Assembly: GCA_035543335.1 (NCBI GenBank)
Contig: DASZZH010000028.1
Coordinates: forward strand, 16,392-80,391
From: Burkholderiales bacterium
GTDB lineage: Bacteria; Pseudomonadota; Gammaproteobacteria; Burkholderiales; JAHFRG01
Length of the DNA stretch: 64,000 bases
Direction of reading: 5' to 3'
Part shown: one piece after another, positions 1 to 7,913 of the stretch
Layout of the letters: every line of letters begins with the position of its first letter
Numbering within the stretch: position 1 is the stretch's first letter
Position numbers and translations under genes: made by a program
Notes under the pieces: model-generated
The model's input: the letters and a program-made list of their open reading frames with translations, nothing else
Database searches by the model: none
Told to the model about the DNA's origin: nothing

Positions 1-405
1 CCCAGTGAACTCAGAATTAAAGCCAGACCCGAGTTCGAGCAACGCGGCAACGCGGCCGTTTACCTCAATATGGCCTGCACTGGGGTGAAGCGTGCCGCAG
101 ATGATTTGCAGCAGGGTGGACTTGCCCGAGCCGTTGCGCCCGATGATGCCAACCGTCTCGCTCTTCTTCACTTCAAAAGAGACATCTTTGAGCGCCCAGA
201 ACTCGCGGAAGTATTGCTTGGATGCTTGCCCGGTCAGGCGTTGGAGCCGGGGCGCAACAAACTGCTTGAGGCGATCACGCGGTGCATCGTAAAGGTGGTA
301 GCACTTGCTGAGGTTGCTTACACGGATAGCAATATTGTCCGTAGCAGTCTTCACTCCCGGCCCCTCTCCTAGGGGAGGAGTAGAATTGTTCTGGTTAGAG
401 GACAT
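1..405 (-). CDS. ABC transporter ATP-binding protein, O-antigen/polysaccharide export type (Wzt/TagH-like); N-terminal part only, gene runs off the window start
   Basis: Own translation of the minus strand from ATG at 405-403: MSSNQNNSTPPLGEGPGVKTATDNIAIRVSNLSKCYHLYDAPRDRLKQF...VKKSETVGIIGRNGSGKSTLLQII (Walker A)...GRVAALLELGSGFNSEFTG. Start overlaps the upstream permease stop by 11 nt. Absent from the ORF track because no stop lies in the window. Confidence 0.75.
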   Translation of the reverse strand, partial: MSSNQNNSTPPLGEGPGVKTATDNIAIRVSNLSKCYHLYDAPRDRLKQFVAPRLQRLTGQASKQYFREFWALKDVSFEVKKSETVGIIGRNGSGKSTLLQIICGTLHPSAGHIEVNGRVAALLELGSGFNSEFTG

Positions 406-1246
406 CGGCAAACCCCTTTCTGGTTTTTTGGAACCAGGCGTAGCCTGCCCAGGCTACGGCAGTAGCCGCCAAGGTGTAGATAGCCAAACCAGACCATTCG
501 GGCAGGTGGCCCCAGATAAGCACCTCACGCGCTTGCTCGATGATGAAGGTGAGCGGGTTGGCCATGATGAGAGGGCGGTATTTCTCCGGCAGGGCGGTAA
601 CGGGGAAAAACACGGGGGATAGAAACAACATCACAGTTGTGACGATGCCGATGGTTTGGCTAATATCGCGGATGAATACACCCAGCGAGGCAAAGATCCA
701 GGCCAGGCCGAGGGTGAGGATTACCAGCGGCAGCAGCACTAGCGGGGTGAAGATGGCCGTCCAGTGCAGGTAGCCGTTGAAGATGACAAAGGCGATGAGC
801 AGCACCAGCAGGCTGACCAGGCTGTGGAACAGCGCCGTACCCATGCTTATGGCGGGCAAGATCTCCAGCGGGAAGACGACTTTTTTGACGTAGTTGACAT
901 TGCCTAGAATCAGGACGGGGGCGCGGTTGAGCACTTCGGCAAACAGGCCGTGCACGATCATGCCGACAAAGAGCACCACGGCAAACTGGGTCTTGGTTTC
1001 CTCCTCACCCACTCCCCAGCGGGCTTTGAACACGACCGAGAAAACGAAGGTGAACACCACCAGCATGAACACAGGGTTGAGAAAAGACCATAACAGGCCC
1101 ATCAGAGAGCCCTTGTAGCGCCCGACCACTTCGCGGCGGGTCATTTGCCAAATCAAACCGCGGTTGCGCCAGAGACTTTTGGCCAGTGCCACGAGGGATG
1201 TAGGTTGGGCGGCGTGGGGGTTGATCGCTGTTGGGGTGTGGGTCAT
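395..1246 (-). CDS. ABC-2 type polysaccharide/O-antigen export permease (Wzm-like)
   Basis: 283-aa ORF with about six hydrophobic helices, resembles ABC-2 permeases; translationally coupled to the downstream ATPase and next to rfb genes. Confidence 0.8.
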   Translation of the reverse strand: MTHTPTAINPHAAQPTSLVALAKSLWRNRGLIWQMTRREVVGRYKGSLMGLLWSFLNPVFMLVVFTFVFSVVFKARWGVGEEETKTQFAVVLFVGMIVHGLFAEVLNRAPVLILGNVNYVKKVVFPLEILPAISMGTALFHSLVSLLVLLIAFVIFNGYLHWTAIFTPLVLLPLVILTLGLAWIFASLGVFIRDISQTIGIVTTVMLFLSPVFFPVTALPEKYRPLIMANPLTFIIEQAREVLIWGHLPEWSGLAIYTLAATAVAWAGYAWFQKTRKGFADVL

Positions 1247-1508
1247 GCGAAGTGCTCCGCTATTGCCAATGGTTTGGCTTGTTGGTCATTCCATGGCCCC
1301 GATAGACATATAAATATATACTTGCAATCTTTACAAAACAAGCTGTTAAAGCTTTTACCCTGCATGCGAAAGGTGGTTTTCAAGCCGCTGTCGGCGGCCT
1401 TGCGCAGCCGATTTTCAAATTCTCAACACATGGGCGTCGAGCGCATCCTGCACATTGAGCGTGCGCAGCGGCCGGCCGTGACCGCAGAAAAACAGCGCGG
1501 TTATGCAT

Positions 1509-2372
1509 TCACGCAGCATGCACATGGCCGTACTCGGCCAGGCATTGCTTCAATGATGATTGCCATGCCGGCAACTCGAGCCCGAAACTTGTCATGAATT
1601 TGGTGTTATCAAGCACTGAATTTGCCGGGCGCGCAGCCGGAGAGGGGTATTCTGAAGAAGGAATCGAGCGGACGGGTATGGCCTGGCCTGAGATGCGCAG
1701 TATTTCAGTTGCAAAACTAAACCAGCTTGTTGTGCCTGAAGCACTCAAATGAAATAAACCGGACCTTTCTTTCGTCTCATCGAGGACTCGTGCTGTTGTT
1801 TCGGCGATATCGCGTGCCCAGGTGGGTGCGCCCTGCTGATCGCCGACTACTTTAAGCTCGGGGCGCTCGGCCGCAAGCCGCAGTATCGTGAGAAGGAAAT
1901 TTTTTCCACGTGCGCTGTATACCCAGCTGGTCCGCAAAATCAAATATGGCGCGCCCGACGCCTGAATCGCCCGTTCTCCCGCGAGCTTGGTTTTGCCGTA
2001 CACGTTGAGCGGGTTGGGTGTGTCTTCCTCGGTATACGGTGTGGTTTTCGCGCCGTCGAACACGTAATCGGTGGAGTAATGCACGAGCAGCGCGCCGAGG
2101 CGTCTTGCCTCTTCCGCCATGATGCCGGGGGCGGTACCGTTGATTGCCATTGCAAGATCCGGCTCTGACTCGGCCTTGTCCACTGCGGTATAAGCCGCGG
2201 CGTTGACGATGATATCGGGCGTGATTTCTCGGATGCGCGCCCTGATGGCGTCCGAGTTTGCCAGATTCATTTCCTCACGGCCCAGGGCGATTACCTCGCC
2301 GAGCGCGCCGAGCATCCGTTGCAACTCCCAGCCAACTTGGCCGTTCTTTCCAGTGAGCAAAATGCGAGGCAT
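1509..2372 (-). CDS. rfbD: dTDP-4-dehydrorhamnose reductase
   Basis: 287 aa; N-terminal Rossmann motif ILLTGKNGQVGWEL and STDYVFDG...YGKTKLAGE typical of RmlD/RfbD. Confidence 0.9.
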   Translation of the reverse strand: MPRILLTGKNGQVGWELQRMLGALGEVIALGREEMNLANSDAIRARIREITPDIIVNAAAYTAVDKAESEPDLAMAINGTAPGIMAEEARRLGALLVHYSTDYVFDGAKTTPYTEEDTPNPLNVYGKTKLAGERAIQASGAPYLILRTSWVYSARGKNFLLTILRLAAERPELKVVGDQQGAPTWARDIAETTARVLDETKERSGLFHLSASGTTSWFSFATEILRISGQAIPVRSIPSSEYPSPAARPANSVLDNTKFMTSFGLELPAWQSSLKQCLAEYGHVHAA

Positions 2373-2375
2373 TTT

Positions 2376-2456
2376 GGTGAAGGGAAATTGGGAATGGGAA
2401 ATGGTGAATGGTTCCGGCGATGCTTTGACCGCCTCTTTTCCCTATTTCCTATTCCC
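2376..2456. repeat. Heptamer-type array A (GGTGAAG GGAAATT GGGAATG GGAAATG GTGAATG) plus inverted partner CCCTATTTCCTATTCCC
   Basis: Read directly: 2376-2412 G-rich 7-mer units; 2440-2456 is their approximate reverse complement, giving a hairpin between the rfbD start and the first TA module. Confidence 0.7.
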
Positions 2457-2465
2457 TGAACATCT

Positions 2466-2813
2466 CTATATAGTGACCAACACCGAAACCGATCCCAGCG
2501 GATGGTCGGTAGCCTTGGGCCGGATGATGATTTCTACGTCCCGGTCGAGCAGCGTCATGAAATACATCAACCGCTCCGACGAAAACCGGTTCAGCTTGTA
2601 ATTCATCAGGTCCGACACATGGGGCTGCGGAATACCGAAGATCGCGGCCGCCTTTGCCTGGGTAAGCCCATGCTCCTTGATGAACTCATTGACCCGCATC
2701 GCGAGCTGTACCTTGAGCTTGCGTTCGCCGGCATCGCGAAACCCCAGATCAATAAATACGTCGCCCGTGCCAGGATCAACAGAATCATGCTTTTTTGCCA
2801 TAGCGCACCTCAT
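2466..2813 (-). CDS. XRE-family HTH antitoxin (HigA-like), partner of the upstream Gp49-like toxin
   Basis: 115-aa ORF (likely start at MAKKHDS, 2801); ...GLTQAKAAAIFGIPQPHVSDLMNYKL is an XRE HTH; overlaps the toxin ORF end. Confidence 0.75.
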   Translation of the reverse strand: MRCAMAKKHDSVDPGTGDVFIDLGFRDAGERKLKVQLAMRVNEFIKEHGLTQAKAAAIFGIPQPHVSDLMNYKLNRFSSERLMYFMTLLDRDVEIIIRPKATDHPLGSVSVLVTI

Positions 2814-3162
2814 AGTCTTTCCGCGCCGCCTTCAGGCGGTCACGGATAAGTTCAACGTCAGTCTTCGCGGTACGGATGCCGGAGGGCGATTTTTTCTGAA
2901 AACAGTGCAAGATGTACATCGCCATCTGGAACCGTACTGTATAGACCGCTCGATACGCATTTCCCCGAAAATCTTCAACGATTTCTAGGACGCCCGGCCC
3001 TTCGCCTTTCCATGGCTTGGATGACGGCGGGATACTGCCCTGCTGCACTACGCCGAGGGCGTAGCCGATGTCGTCAACTACATCCTCGGGGAAACGCAGC
3101 AGATCCTTTTTCGAGGCCCCGACCCAGTGAACGGGTTGTTCGATCCGTGGCGCGGTCTTCAA
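2785..3162 (-). CDS. Gp49-like (DUF891) RelE/HigB-superfamily toxin
   Basis: 125 aa, TTG start; ...GVLEIVEDFRGNAYRAVYTVRFQMAMYILHCFQKKSPSGIRT matches the phage Gp49-like toxin pattern; toxin-first gene order as in HigBA. Confidence 0.75.
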   Translation of the reverse strand: MKTAPRIEQPVHWVGASKKDLLRFPEDVVDDIGYALGVVQQGSIPPSSKPWKGEGPGVLEIVEDFRGNAYRAVYTVRFQMAMYILHCFQKKSPSGIRTAKTDVELIRDRLKAARKDYEVRYGKKA

Positions 3163-3173
3163 ACAGTGATTTT

Positions 3174-3189
3174 ATACCGTTTTAGGTAT
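3174..3189 (-). promoter_or_regulatory. Inverted repeat ATACC-N6-GGTAT upstream of the Gp49-like/XRE operon (possible operator)
   Basis: Seen in sequence 12-27 nt upstream of the TTG start at 3162, overlapping a TATAAA-like -10 on the minus strand. Confidence 0.35.
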
Positions 3190-3227
3190 GACACACAATC
3201 CCCCTTCGAAAGCTGTCCCGCTAAGGC

Positions 3228-3315
3228 GTGATGGGGAATGGGTGATGAGTGATGGGTGAATGGTGAATGGTGAATGGTAAATGGTAAATGGTAAATGGTA
3301 AATGGGGAATGGTAA
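3228..3315. repeat. Heptamer tandem array B (about 12 units: GTGATGG, GTGAATG x3, GTAAATG x4, GGGAATG)
   Basis: Read directly: gtgatggggaatgggtgatgagtgatgggtgaatggtgaatggtgaatggtaaatggtaaatggtaaatggtaaatggggaatggtaa. Confidence 0.9.
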
Positions 3316-3316
3316 G

Positions 3317-3613
3317 CTATTTTTCGGATGAACTGACGGCTTTGCGGTGTAATCCAGTAACCAGCTTGACTACCCTTTCAAGCAGCTCAAACACTTCCCG
3401 TTGTTTCAGATAGCCCAGGTCCTCGGAAATGAGTAGAAGCTATCTCAACAGGGGATGACCACCCCTTCCGCTATCGCTCCCTCCCCTCCTCGTCGAGGAG
3501 GGGAAGCACAAAGTGCAGGGGTGGTCGCACGGCGTCTGCGTGACCGAGTAAACGGTCTTTACCAGCCGCATGGCTTCCTGCCATGCATCCAGCCGTTGGT
3601 GTGGTCTCGCCAT
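3317..3613 (-). pseudogene. Four-helix-bundle (23S rRNA IVS-type) protein gene remnant, middle replaced by a nested palindromic element
   Basis: Minus-strand translation gives N-terminus MARPHQRLDAWQEAMRLVKTVYSVTQ and C-terminus LLISEDLGYLKQREVFELLERVVKLVTGLHRKAVSSSEK*. Between them lies a GC-rich nested inverted repeat (3450-3535: gaccaccccttc...ctcccctcctcgtcgaggaggggaag...caggggtggtc). Confidence 0.5.
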
Positions 3614-3623
3614 TTATCAGAAT

Positions 3624-3963
3624 TATTGTTTCAGATCGAGGGGTAACAGGCTCAGTTCCGGGTCTTCATCAAACGCCCGAATCTTCGCGATCCTGCTGGA
3701 GACCAAGCGTGCTATGGCTGCAGTTCCTGCGTTGCCGACAGCCAGCCAGAGAACCTTCGGCGGCGGCCCATAGAGAACGCGTATTGCCGGAAGTCGTTGT
3801 CCTTGGACACGATCATGTAGCCATGATCGCGCGCGTAAGACCAGATCGCGATATCCACCGCGCCGCGCATGTCAAGGTGCTCGACGTGGGTACTGGCCGG
3901 GAAATCAGCCGCGAGAAGCTCTATGAGCCGCGGGCTGAGGTTTTCATCGAAAAGCAGCTTCAC
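3624..3963 (-). pseudogene. DUF5615-type PIN-like toxin, frameshifted
   Basis: Track ORF 3712-3963 (MKLLFDENLSPRLIELL...) ends abnormally. A second frame continues PPPKVLWLAVGNAGTAAIARLVSSRIAKIRAFDEDPELSLLPLDLKQ* to 3624, the expected family C-terminus. The 1-nt shift lies near 3755-3772 (ggccgccgccg run). Confidence 0.65.
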
Positions 3964-4187
3964 CCAGTAATCGGGGCCGCAAGCTTGCGTTCCCGGTCGG
4001 CCGCAAACTCAAGGGCGGCGCGGATATCTTCCTGCGACAGGGAGGGAAAATCCCGCAGGATATCGTCCTGCGACATGCCGCCGGCGAGATATTCCAGGAT
4101 GTCGTACACCGTAATGCGGGTGCCCTTGAAGCAAGGCTTGCCGCTGCGAACGGCCGGGTCAATAACGATGCGTTCTCGATAGCTCAT
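3960..4187 (-). CDS. DUF433 antitoxin-like protein
   Basis: 75 aa: IDPAVRSGKPCFKGTRITVYDILEYLAGGMSQDDILRDFPSLSQEDIRAALEFAA is the DUF433 pattern; 4-nt overlap with the DUF5615 gene. Confidence 0.75.
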   Translation of the reverse strand: MSYRERIVIDPAVRSGKPCFKGTRITVYDILEYLAGGMSQDDILRDFPSLSQEDIRAALEFAADRERKLAAPITG

Positions 4188-4383
4188 GATTGTTCATACT
4201 ACCGCTGGCATGCGGCGAACTCAAGGCCGCCGCGTAACGTTAACGTACAGCGCCGGGAAGCCCGCCGGAGCGTAGCGGCGGCGGGCTTCCCGGTACAGCG
4301 CAGAAAGCGGACAATTAACTTGCTACAACACCGGACAGTTCTATTTGCTCCCAACAGGTGGCGCGCGGACTGTCAACCTGGAG

Positions 4384-4426
4384 CATGGGGAATGGGGAAA
4401 TGGGGAATGGTTACCCCACCCCCATC
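4384..4426. repeat. Heptamer array C (CATGGGG AATGGGG AAATGGGG AATGGT) followed by the TACCCCACCCCCATC motif
   Basis: Read directly. The trailing 15-mer is the same motif that forms the right inverted repeat of the DUF559 unit at 13366. Confidence 0.75.
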
Positions 4427-4602
4427 TTGGCGCGCCCGCGGAGGGCGGAGCAGGTTTCGTTGGCTCTAGACAATAGATGCGACCCCGCAGCGGGATGCGG
4501 CGCCGGAGTCAACCGCGTGCTTATGTGCGCCTGCACGGTCACATCCCCAAAGGGGCCCCTGTTCCGCGTTCCAGCGCGCCCCCTGAGAGGGAAGGAACTC
4601 GA

Positions 4603-4619
4603 GTGATGGGTAATGGGTA
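4603..4619. repeat. Short heptamer array D (GTGATGG GTAATGG GTA)
   Basis: Read directly, 24 nt downstream (minus-strand sense) of the next TA module. Confidence 0.6.
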
Positions 4620-4642
4620 GACCGCTTATGGTCATCCCGGGA

Positions 4643-4927
4643 TCACGCCGCAAGGCGCAAATCCACCGGGATACCCGCCTTGGCGCAGAGTCCGACGAGA
4701 TAGTCGAGCGAAAGCAGTTCCACCTTGCCGCGCACAATCTCGGACATGCGGGGCTGTGCGATTTTCAGGCGCTTTGCGGCCTGCGCCTGGGTCAGTTTCT
4801 CGCGTTCGATCCAGACGCGCAGGGCCTCCGCCAACTCCGCGCGCAGCAGCATCACCGCTGCTTCGTGGGGCGGAAACCCCAGATCCAGAAAAATATTGCC
4901 GCTGGATTCCGTCACCTTTTTTGCCAT
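4643..4927 (-). CDS. XRE-family HTH antitoxin (HigA-like)
   Basis: 94 aa; KLTQAQAAKRLKIAQPRMSEIVRGKV HTH; paralogous to the 2466-2813 product (N-terminus MAKKVTESSGNIFLDLGF vs MAKKHDSVDPGTGDVFIDLGF). Confidence 0.8.
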   Translation of the reverse strand: MAKKVTESSGNIFLDLGFPPHEAAVMLLRAELAEALRVWIEREKLTQAQAAKRLKIAQPRMSEIVRGKVELLSLDYLVGLCAKAGIPVDLRLAA

Positions 4928-4930
4928 AAA

Positions 4931-5244
4931 TCACCTCATTCCTGCTACCGTAGCCGCTTCCCGATAACGCTGCGCGGCGAGTTGCAGATCGTGCCGGGCG
5001 GTTTTCTGCGTGTTCTTCCTGAATGCGTGCAACACATAAACCGCATCCGCGAACTTTGCCACGTAGATCACTCTGAATGCGCCTTCCCTGTCACGAACTC
5101 GTATTTCGCATGCTCCCGCGCCTATCGCGGGCATCGGCTTCCAGTCGTCGGGGTCGCGCCCATCTGCACCATGAACAGCTCGTGACCGGCGCGGATGCGG
5201 GCGGACCCCGGAAAAGCGGACAGGTCTTCCTTGGAGGAACCCAT
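4931..5244 (-). pseudogene. Gp49-like (DUF891) toxin, frameshifted
   Basis: From ATG 5244: MGSSKEDLSAFPGSARIRAGHELFMVQMG then premature stop. The track ORF 4931-5134 (…ACEIRVRDREGAFRVIYVAKFADAVYVLHAFRKNTQKT…) continues the family in another frame. A 1-nt deletion is inferred near 5158-5162. Confidence 0.65.
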
Positions 5245-5260
5245 GAAGCGTACAGGCTTT

Positions 5261-5288
5261 ATTATACGAATATTCGTATACCTGTCAA
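5261..5288 (-). promoter_or_regulatory. Near-consensus sigma70 promoter (TTGACA-N16-TATAAT) with embedded perfect 18-bp palindrome TATACGAATATTCGTATA
   Basis: Minus-strand reading ttgacaggtatacgaatattcgtataat, 16 nt upstream of ATG 5244. The palindrome (5263-5280) is a likely autoregulatory operator. Confidence 0.6.
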
Positions 5289-5404
5289 GTAAAATGAAGC
5301 GCCATCCGCTTGAGGAAAAGGAACTGAAACTGTGAGATTTCCATTGAGTGGAAGGTGAGAGTTCTTTGTTCGCGCTTCAACAAGTCATTTTCTAGAAGCC
5401 ATCT

Positions 5405-5450
5405 CAAAAATCCCCTCGCCCCGCCAGTGCGGGGCGAGGGAGCATTTTTG
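5405..5450 (-). terminator. Rho-independent (bidirectional) terminator downstream of rfbC
   Basis: aaaaatCCCCTCGCCCCGCcagtGCGGGGCGAGGGagcattttt: 12-bp perfect GC-rich stem flanked by A/T runs, 40 nt past the rfbC stop. Confidence 0.8.
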
Positions 5451-5487
5451 AGACCGGTTCTAGTCACCACCTGTCGTTCCACGGTTT

Positions 5488-6033
5488 TTACGGGAACGCT
5501 TCCGCCTTGGCGAAGGGCACGCCCTGCCGGTCCTTGGCGGAGAGCAATGGTTCGCCTTGCAGCGGCCAGGCGATGCCGAGATCGGGATCGTTCCACAGGA
5601 TGGTGCGCTCGTATTCGGGCGAGTAATAATCGGTGGTTTTGTACAGGAGTTCCGCTGCTTCGGAGAGCGCCAGAAATCCGTGGGCAAATCCAGGCGGTAT
5701 CCAGATAATTCGTTTGTTTTGGGTGGACAGCTTTGTACCTGCCCATTTGCCGAATGTGGGCGAGCTCTTGCGGATATCCACCGCCACGTCGAAGACCTCT
5801 CCCGCAGTCACGCGAATCAACTTCCCCTGCGGCTGCTTGATCTGGTAATGCAATCCGCGCACCACGTTTCGTGCCGAGCGTGAATGATTGTCCTGCACGA
5901 ATTCCGCGTCGATCCCGGTGGCTTGCGCGAACGCCTTGCGATTGAAGCTTTCGAAGAAGAAGCCGCGCGCGTCGCCGAATACTTTCGGTTCGATGATCAG
6001 CACGTCAGGAATGGCGGTCTTAATTAAATTCAT
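5488..6033 (-). CDS. rfbC: dTDP-4-dehydrorhamnose 3,5-epimerase
   Basis: 181 aa; FGDARGFFFESFN...RGLHYQ...GKLIRVTAGEVFDVAVDIR typical of RmlC. Confidence 0.92.
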   Translation of the reverse strand: MNLIKTAIPDVLIIEPKVFGDARGFFFESFNRKAFAQATGIDAEFVQDNHSRSARNVVRGLHYQIKQPQGKLIRVTAGEVFDVAVDIRKSSPTFGKWAGTKLSTQNKRIIWIPPGFAHGFLALSEAAELLYKTTDYYSPEYERTILWNDPDLGIAWPLQGEPLLSAKDRQGVPFAKAEAFP

Positions 6034-6037
6034 GTTC

Positions 6038-6162
6038 TAGTAATGGGTGATGGGTGATGAGTAATGAGTGATTAGGTGATGGGTGATGAGTGATGAGTGA
6101 TGAGTAATGAGTGATTAGGTGATGGGTAATGGGTGATGAGTGATTAGGTGATGGGTGATGAG
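6038..6162. repeat. Heptamer tandem array E (about 17 units GGGTGAT/GAGTGAT/GAGTAAT with occasional TAGGTGAT) filling the whole rfbA-rfbC spacer
   Basis: Read directly. The array abuts the rfbC start (6033) and the rfbA stop (6164). No Shine-Dalgarno-like sequence is visible upstream of rfbC. Confidence 0.9.
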
Positions 6163-6163
6163 T

Positions 6164-7039
6164 TCAGAAAATCTTGTCTTGCAGCAGGCTCAGCAAATAG
6201 GCGCCATAGCCGCTGCCTTTCAGCGGTTCGGCAAGCGCCTGCAACTGTTCAGCGGAGATGTATCCCATGCGGTAGGCGATTTCTTCGGGGCAGGCGATTT
6301 TGAGGCCCTGGCGTTTTTCGATGGTCTGGATGAATTGGCCGGCTTCAAGCAGGGAGTCGTTGGTGCCGGTATCCAGCCACGCATGGCCGCGCCCCATGAC
6401 GACGACGTCCAGTTTTCTCCGGCTAAGGTAATGCCGGTTGACATCGGTGATCTCAAGTTCGCCGCGCGCGGAGGGCTTGAGTGATTCGGCGATGCCGACC
6501 ACGTCGCTGTCGTAGAAATACAGACCCGTCACCGCATAGCGGGAACGGGGTTTCTCCGGTTTCTCCTCCAAAGAAATGGCGCGGTTTTGTCCGTCAAATT
6601 CCACCACACCGTAGCGCTGCGGGTCCTGGACGGGGTAGGCAAATATGGTGGCGCCGGTTTGCCTGGCCGCGGCTTTTCGAAGGTCCATTCCCAGATCGTG
6701 GCCGTAGAATATGTTGTCACCAAGAACCAGCGCGCACGGCCCGCCATTGAGGAATGATTTGCCGATGATGATGGCTTGGGCGATCCCGTCCGGACTGCGC
6801 TGCACCGCGTAGGAAATGGCCAGTCCCCATTGCTCGCCGTCGCCAAGCAACTGCTCGAACCTCGAGATATCCTGGGGCGTGGAGATGAGGAGAAGTTCGC
6901 GAATGCCGGCCAACATCAAGGTTGTCAGGGGATAGTAGATCATTGGCTTGTCGTAGACCGGCAACAATTGTTTCGACACCGCGTGCGTCATCGGATACAG
7001 CCGCGTGCCCGATCCGCCGGCGAGAATGATGCCTTTCAT
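6164..7039 (-). CDS. rfbA: Glucose-1-phosphate thymidylyltransferase
   Basis: 291 aa; [18 protein letters not shown]...[17 protein letters not shown] is the RmlA signature. Confidence 0.93.
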   Translation of the reverse strand: MKGIILAGGSGTRLYPMTHAVSKQLLPVYDKPMIYYPLTTLMLAGIRELLLISTPQDISRFEQLLGDGEQWGLAISYAVQRSPDGIAQAIIIGKSFLNGGPCALVLGDNIFYGHDLGMDLRKAAARQTGATIFAYPVQDPQRYGVVEFDGQNRAISLEEKPEKPRSRYAVTGLYFYDSDVVGIAESLKPSARGELEITDVNRHYLSRRKLDVVVMGRGHAWLDTGTNDSLLEAGQFIQTIEKRQGLKIACPEEIAYRMGYISAEQLQALAEPLKGSGYGAYLLSLLQDKIF

Positions 7040-7048
7040 TGTGCAATC

Positions 7049-7429
7049 CTACCGGGCGACCAGGACCGAAGGCCCGTACGCGGCGAGCGGCTGGTCTTGC
7101 GTGAGCAAGAGCATCGCCTCGGCGAGGCTCTGCGCGACCAGCAGGCGGTCGAACGGGTCCCTATGGTGCTTCGGGAGCTGGGCGACGCGCGCCGCGTGAC
7201 GGCCCGTCACTGCCAATTCCTGGAAACCGCCTTCGCGTAACGCAGCGACAAACTCGTCCGGGTTGATGCGGATCTTGCCGAGGGACACTTTGATCGCGAC
7301 CTCCCATACGCTCACAGCGCTCGCATAGATTTGGTTGCCGGGGTCGCGGATGAGTTCAGCCGCGCGCGCAGGAATACTTTTTCCGGCAAGCCACCAGATC
7401 AGCAGGTGCGTGTCGACCAGCAACCTCAC
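7049..7429 (-). CDS. vapC: PIN-domain toxin VapC
   Basis: 126 aa; MRLLVDTHLLIWWL...SAVSVWEVAIK...HRDPFDRLLVAQS has the PIN acidic residues; 4-nt overlap with the antitoxin. Confidence 0.85.
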   Translation of the reverse strand: MRLLVDTHLLIWWLAGKSIPARAAELIRDPGNQIYASAVSVWEVAIKVSLGKIRINPDEFVAALREGGFQELAVTGRHAARVAQLPKHHRDPFDRLLVAQSLAEAMLLLTQDQPLAAYGPSVLVAR

Positions 7430-7674
7430 CGGGAGCCGGCCTTGCCTTCGAAGGCGTCGAGCAGATCGTGGGCAAGCGGCGCATCGAAGTCCTTGCTCAC
7501 GCGGATGCGGCCTTTCATGAGGCCGGGCATGCGGGGGGCCGTGGAAGCGGCTGCCGGCACGAGCCGCGCGACCGGGCGACCGGCCTTGGCGATCACAATT
7601 TCCTCACCGGCGTTGACCCGCTCGATCAAACGGGACAGTTGCGTCTTGGCCTGATGAATGTTGATGGTTTCCAT
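7426..7674 (-). CDS. Phd/YefM-type antitoxin (VapB role)
   Basis: 82 aa; METINIHQAKTQLSRLIERVNAGEEIVIAKAGRPVARLVP is a typical Phd/YefM N-terminus. Confidence 0.8.
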   Translation of the reverse strand: METINIHQAKTQLSRLIERVNAGEEIVIAKAGRPVARLVPAAASTAPRMPGLMKGRIRVSKDFDAPLAHDLLDAFEGKAGSR

Positions 7675-7746
7675 TGCAATCTCCTTAGGACTTAGCTAAG
7701 TCTAGCTAAGTGGCTGCGGTCCGTCAACCGCCGCTTGCTGCAACAA

Positions 7747-7856
7747 CCCCCTTGTCAAAGGGGGCCGACGCGTCGAAGGTGCGCGGGGGAATTTCTTCCG
7801 CAATCGGACGGCTGAAAATCCTCCGCGGCTGCGCCGCTGCCCCTTTAACAAGGGGG
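7747..7856. repeat. REP-like hairpins (CCCCCTTGTCAAAGGGGG and GCCCCTTTAACAAGGGGGC)
   Basis: Two short perfect hairpins read directly between vapB and rfbB. Confidence 0.6.
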
Positions 7857-7913
7857 CGACACTCCCTGCGGCTTGCGCTGCTGCCCGCTTTCCGCGCCCT
7901 GGTGTACGGCCGC

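Noticed and set aside
4358-4606. 82-aa ORF beginning MARGLSTWSMGNGEMGNGYP, and other ORFs encoded by repeats (13416-13748, 48772-49158, 48787-49080, 9031-9237)
   Set aside because: Their sequences are translations of heptamer arrays, hairpin repeats or the MITE-like element. They have no start context and no family resemblance.
5285-5746. 153-aa ORF spanning the rfbC 3' end and terminator region
   Set aside because: It overlaps rfbC in another frame and runs through the terminator hairpin and the TA promoter. It has no motif support.
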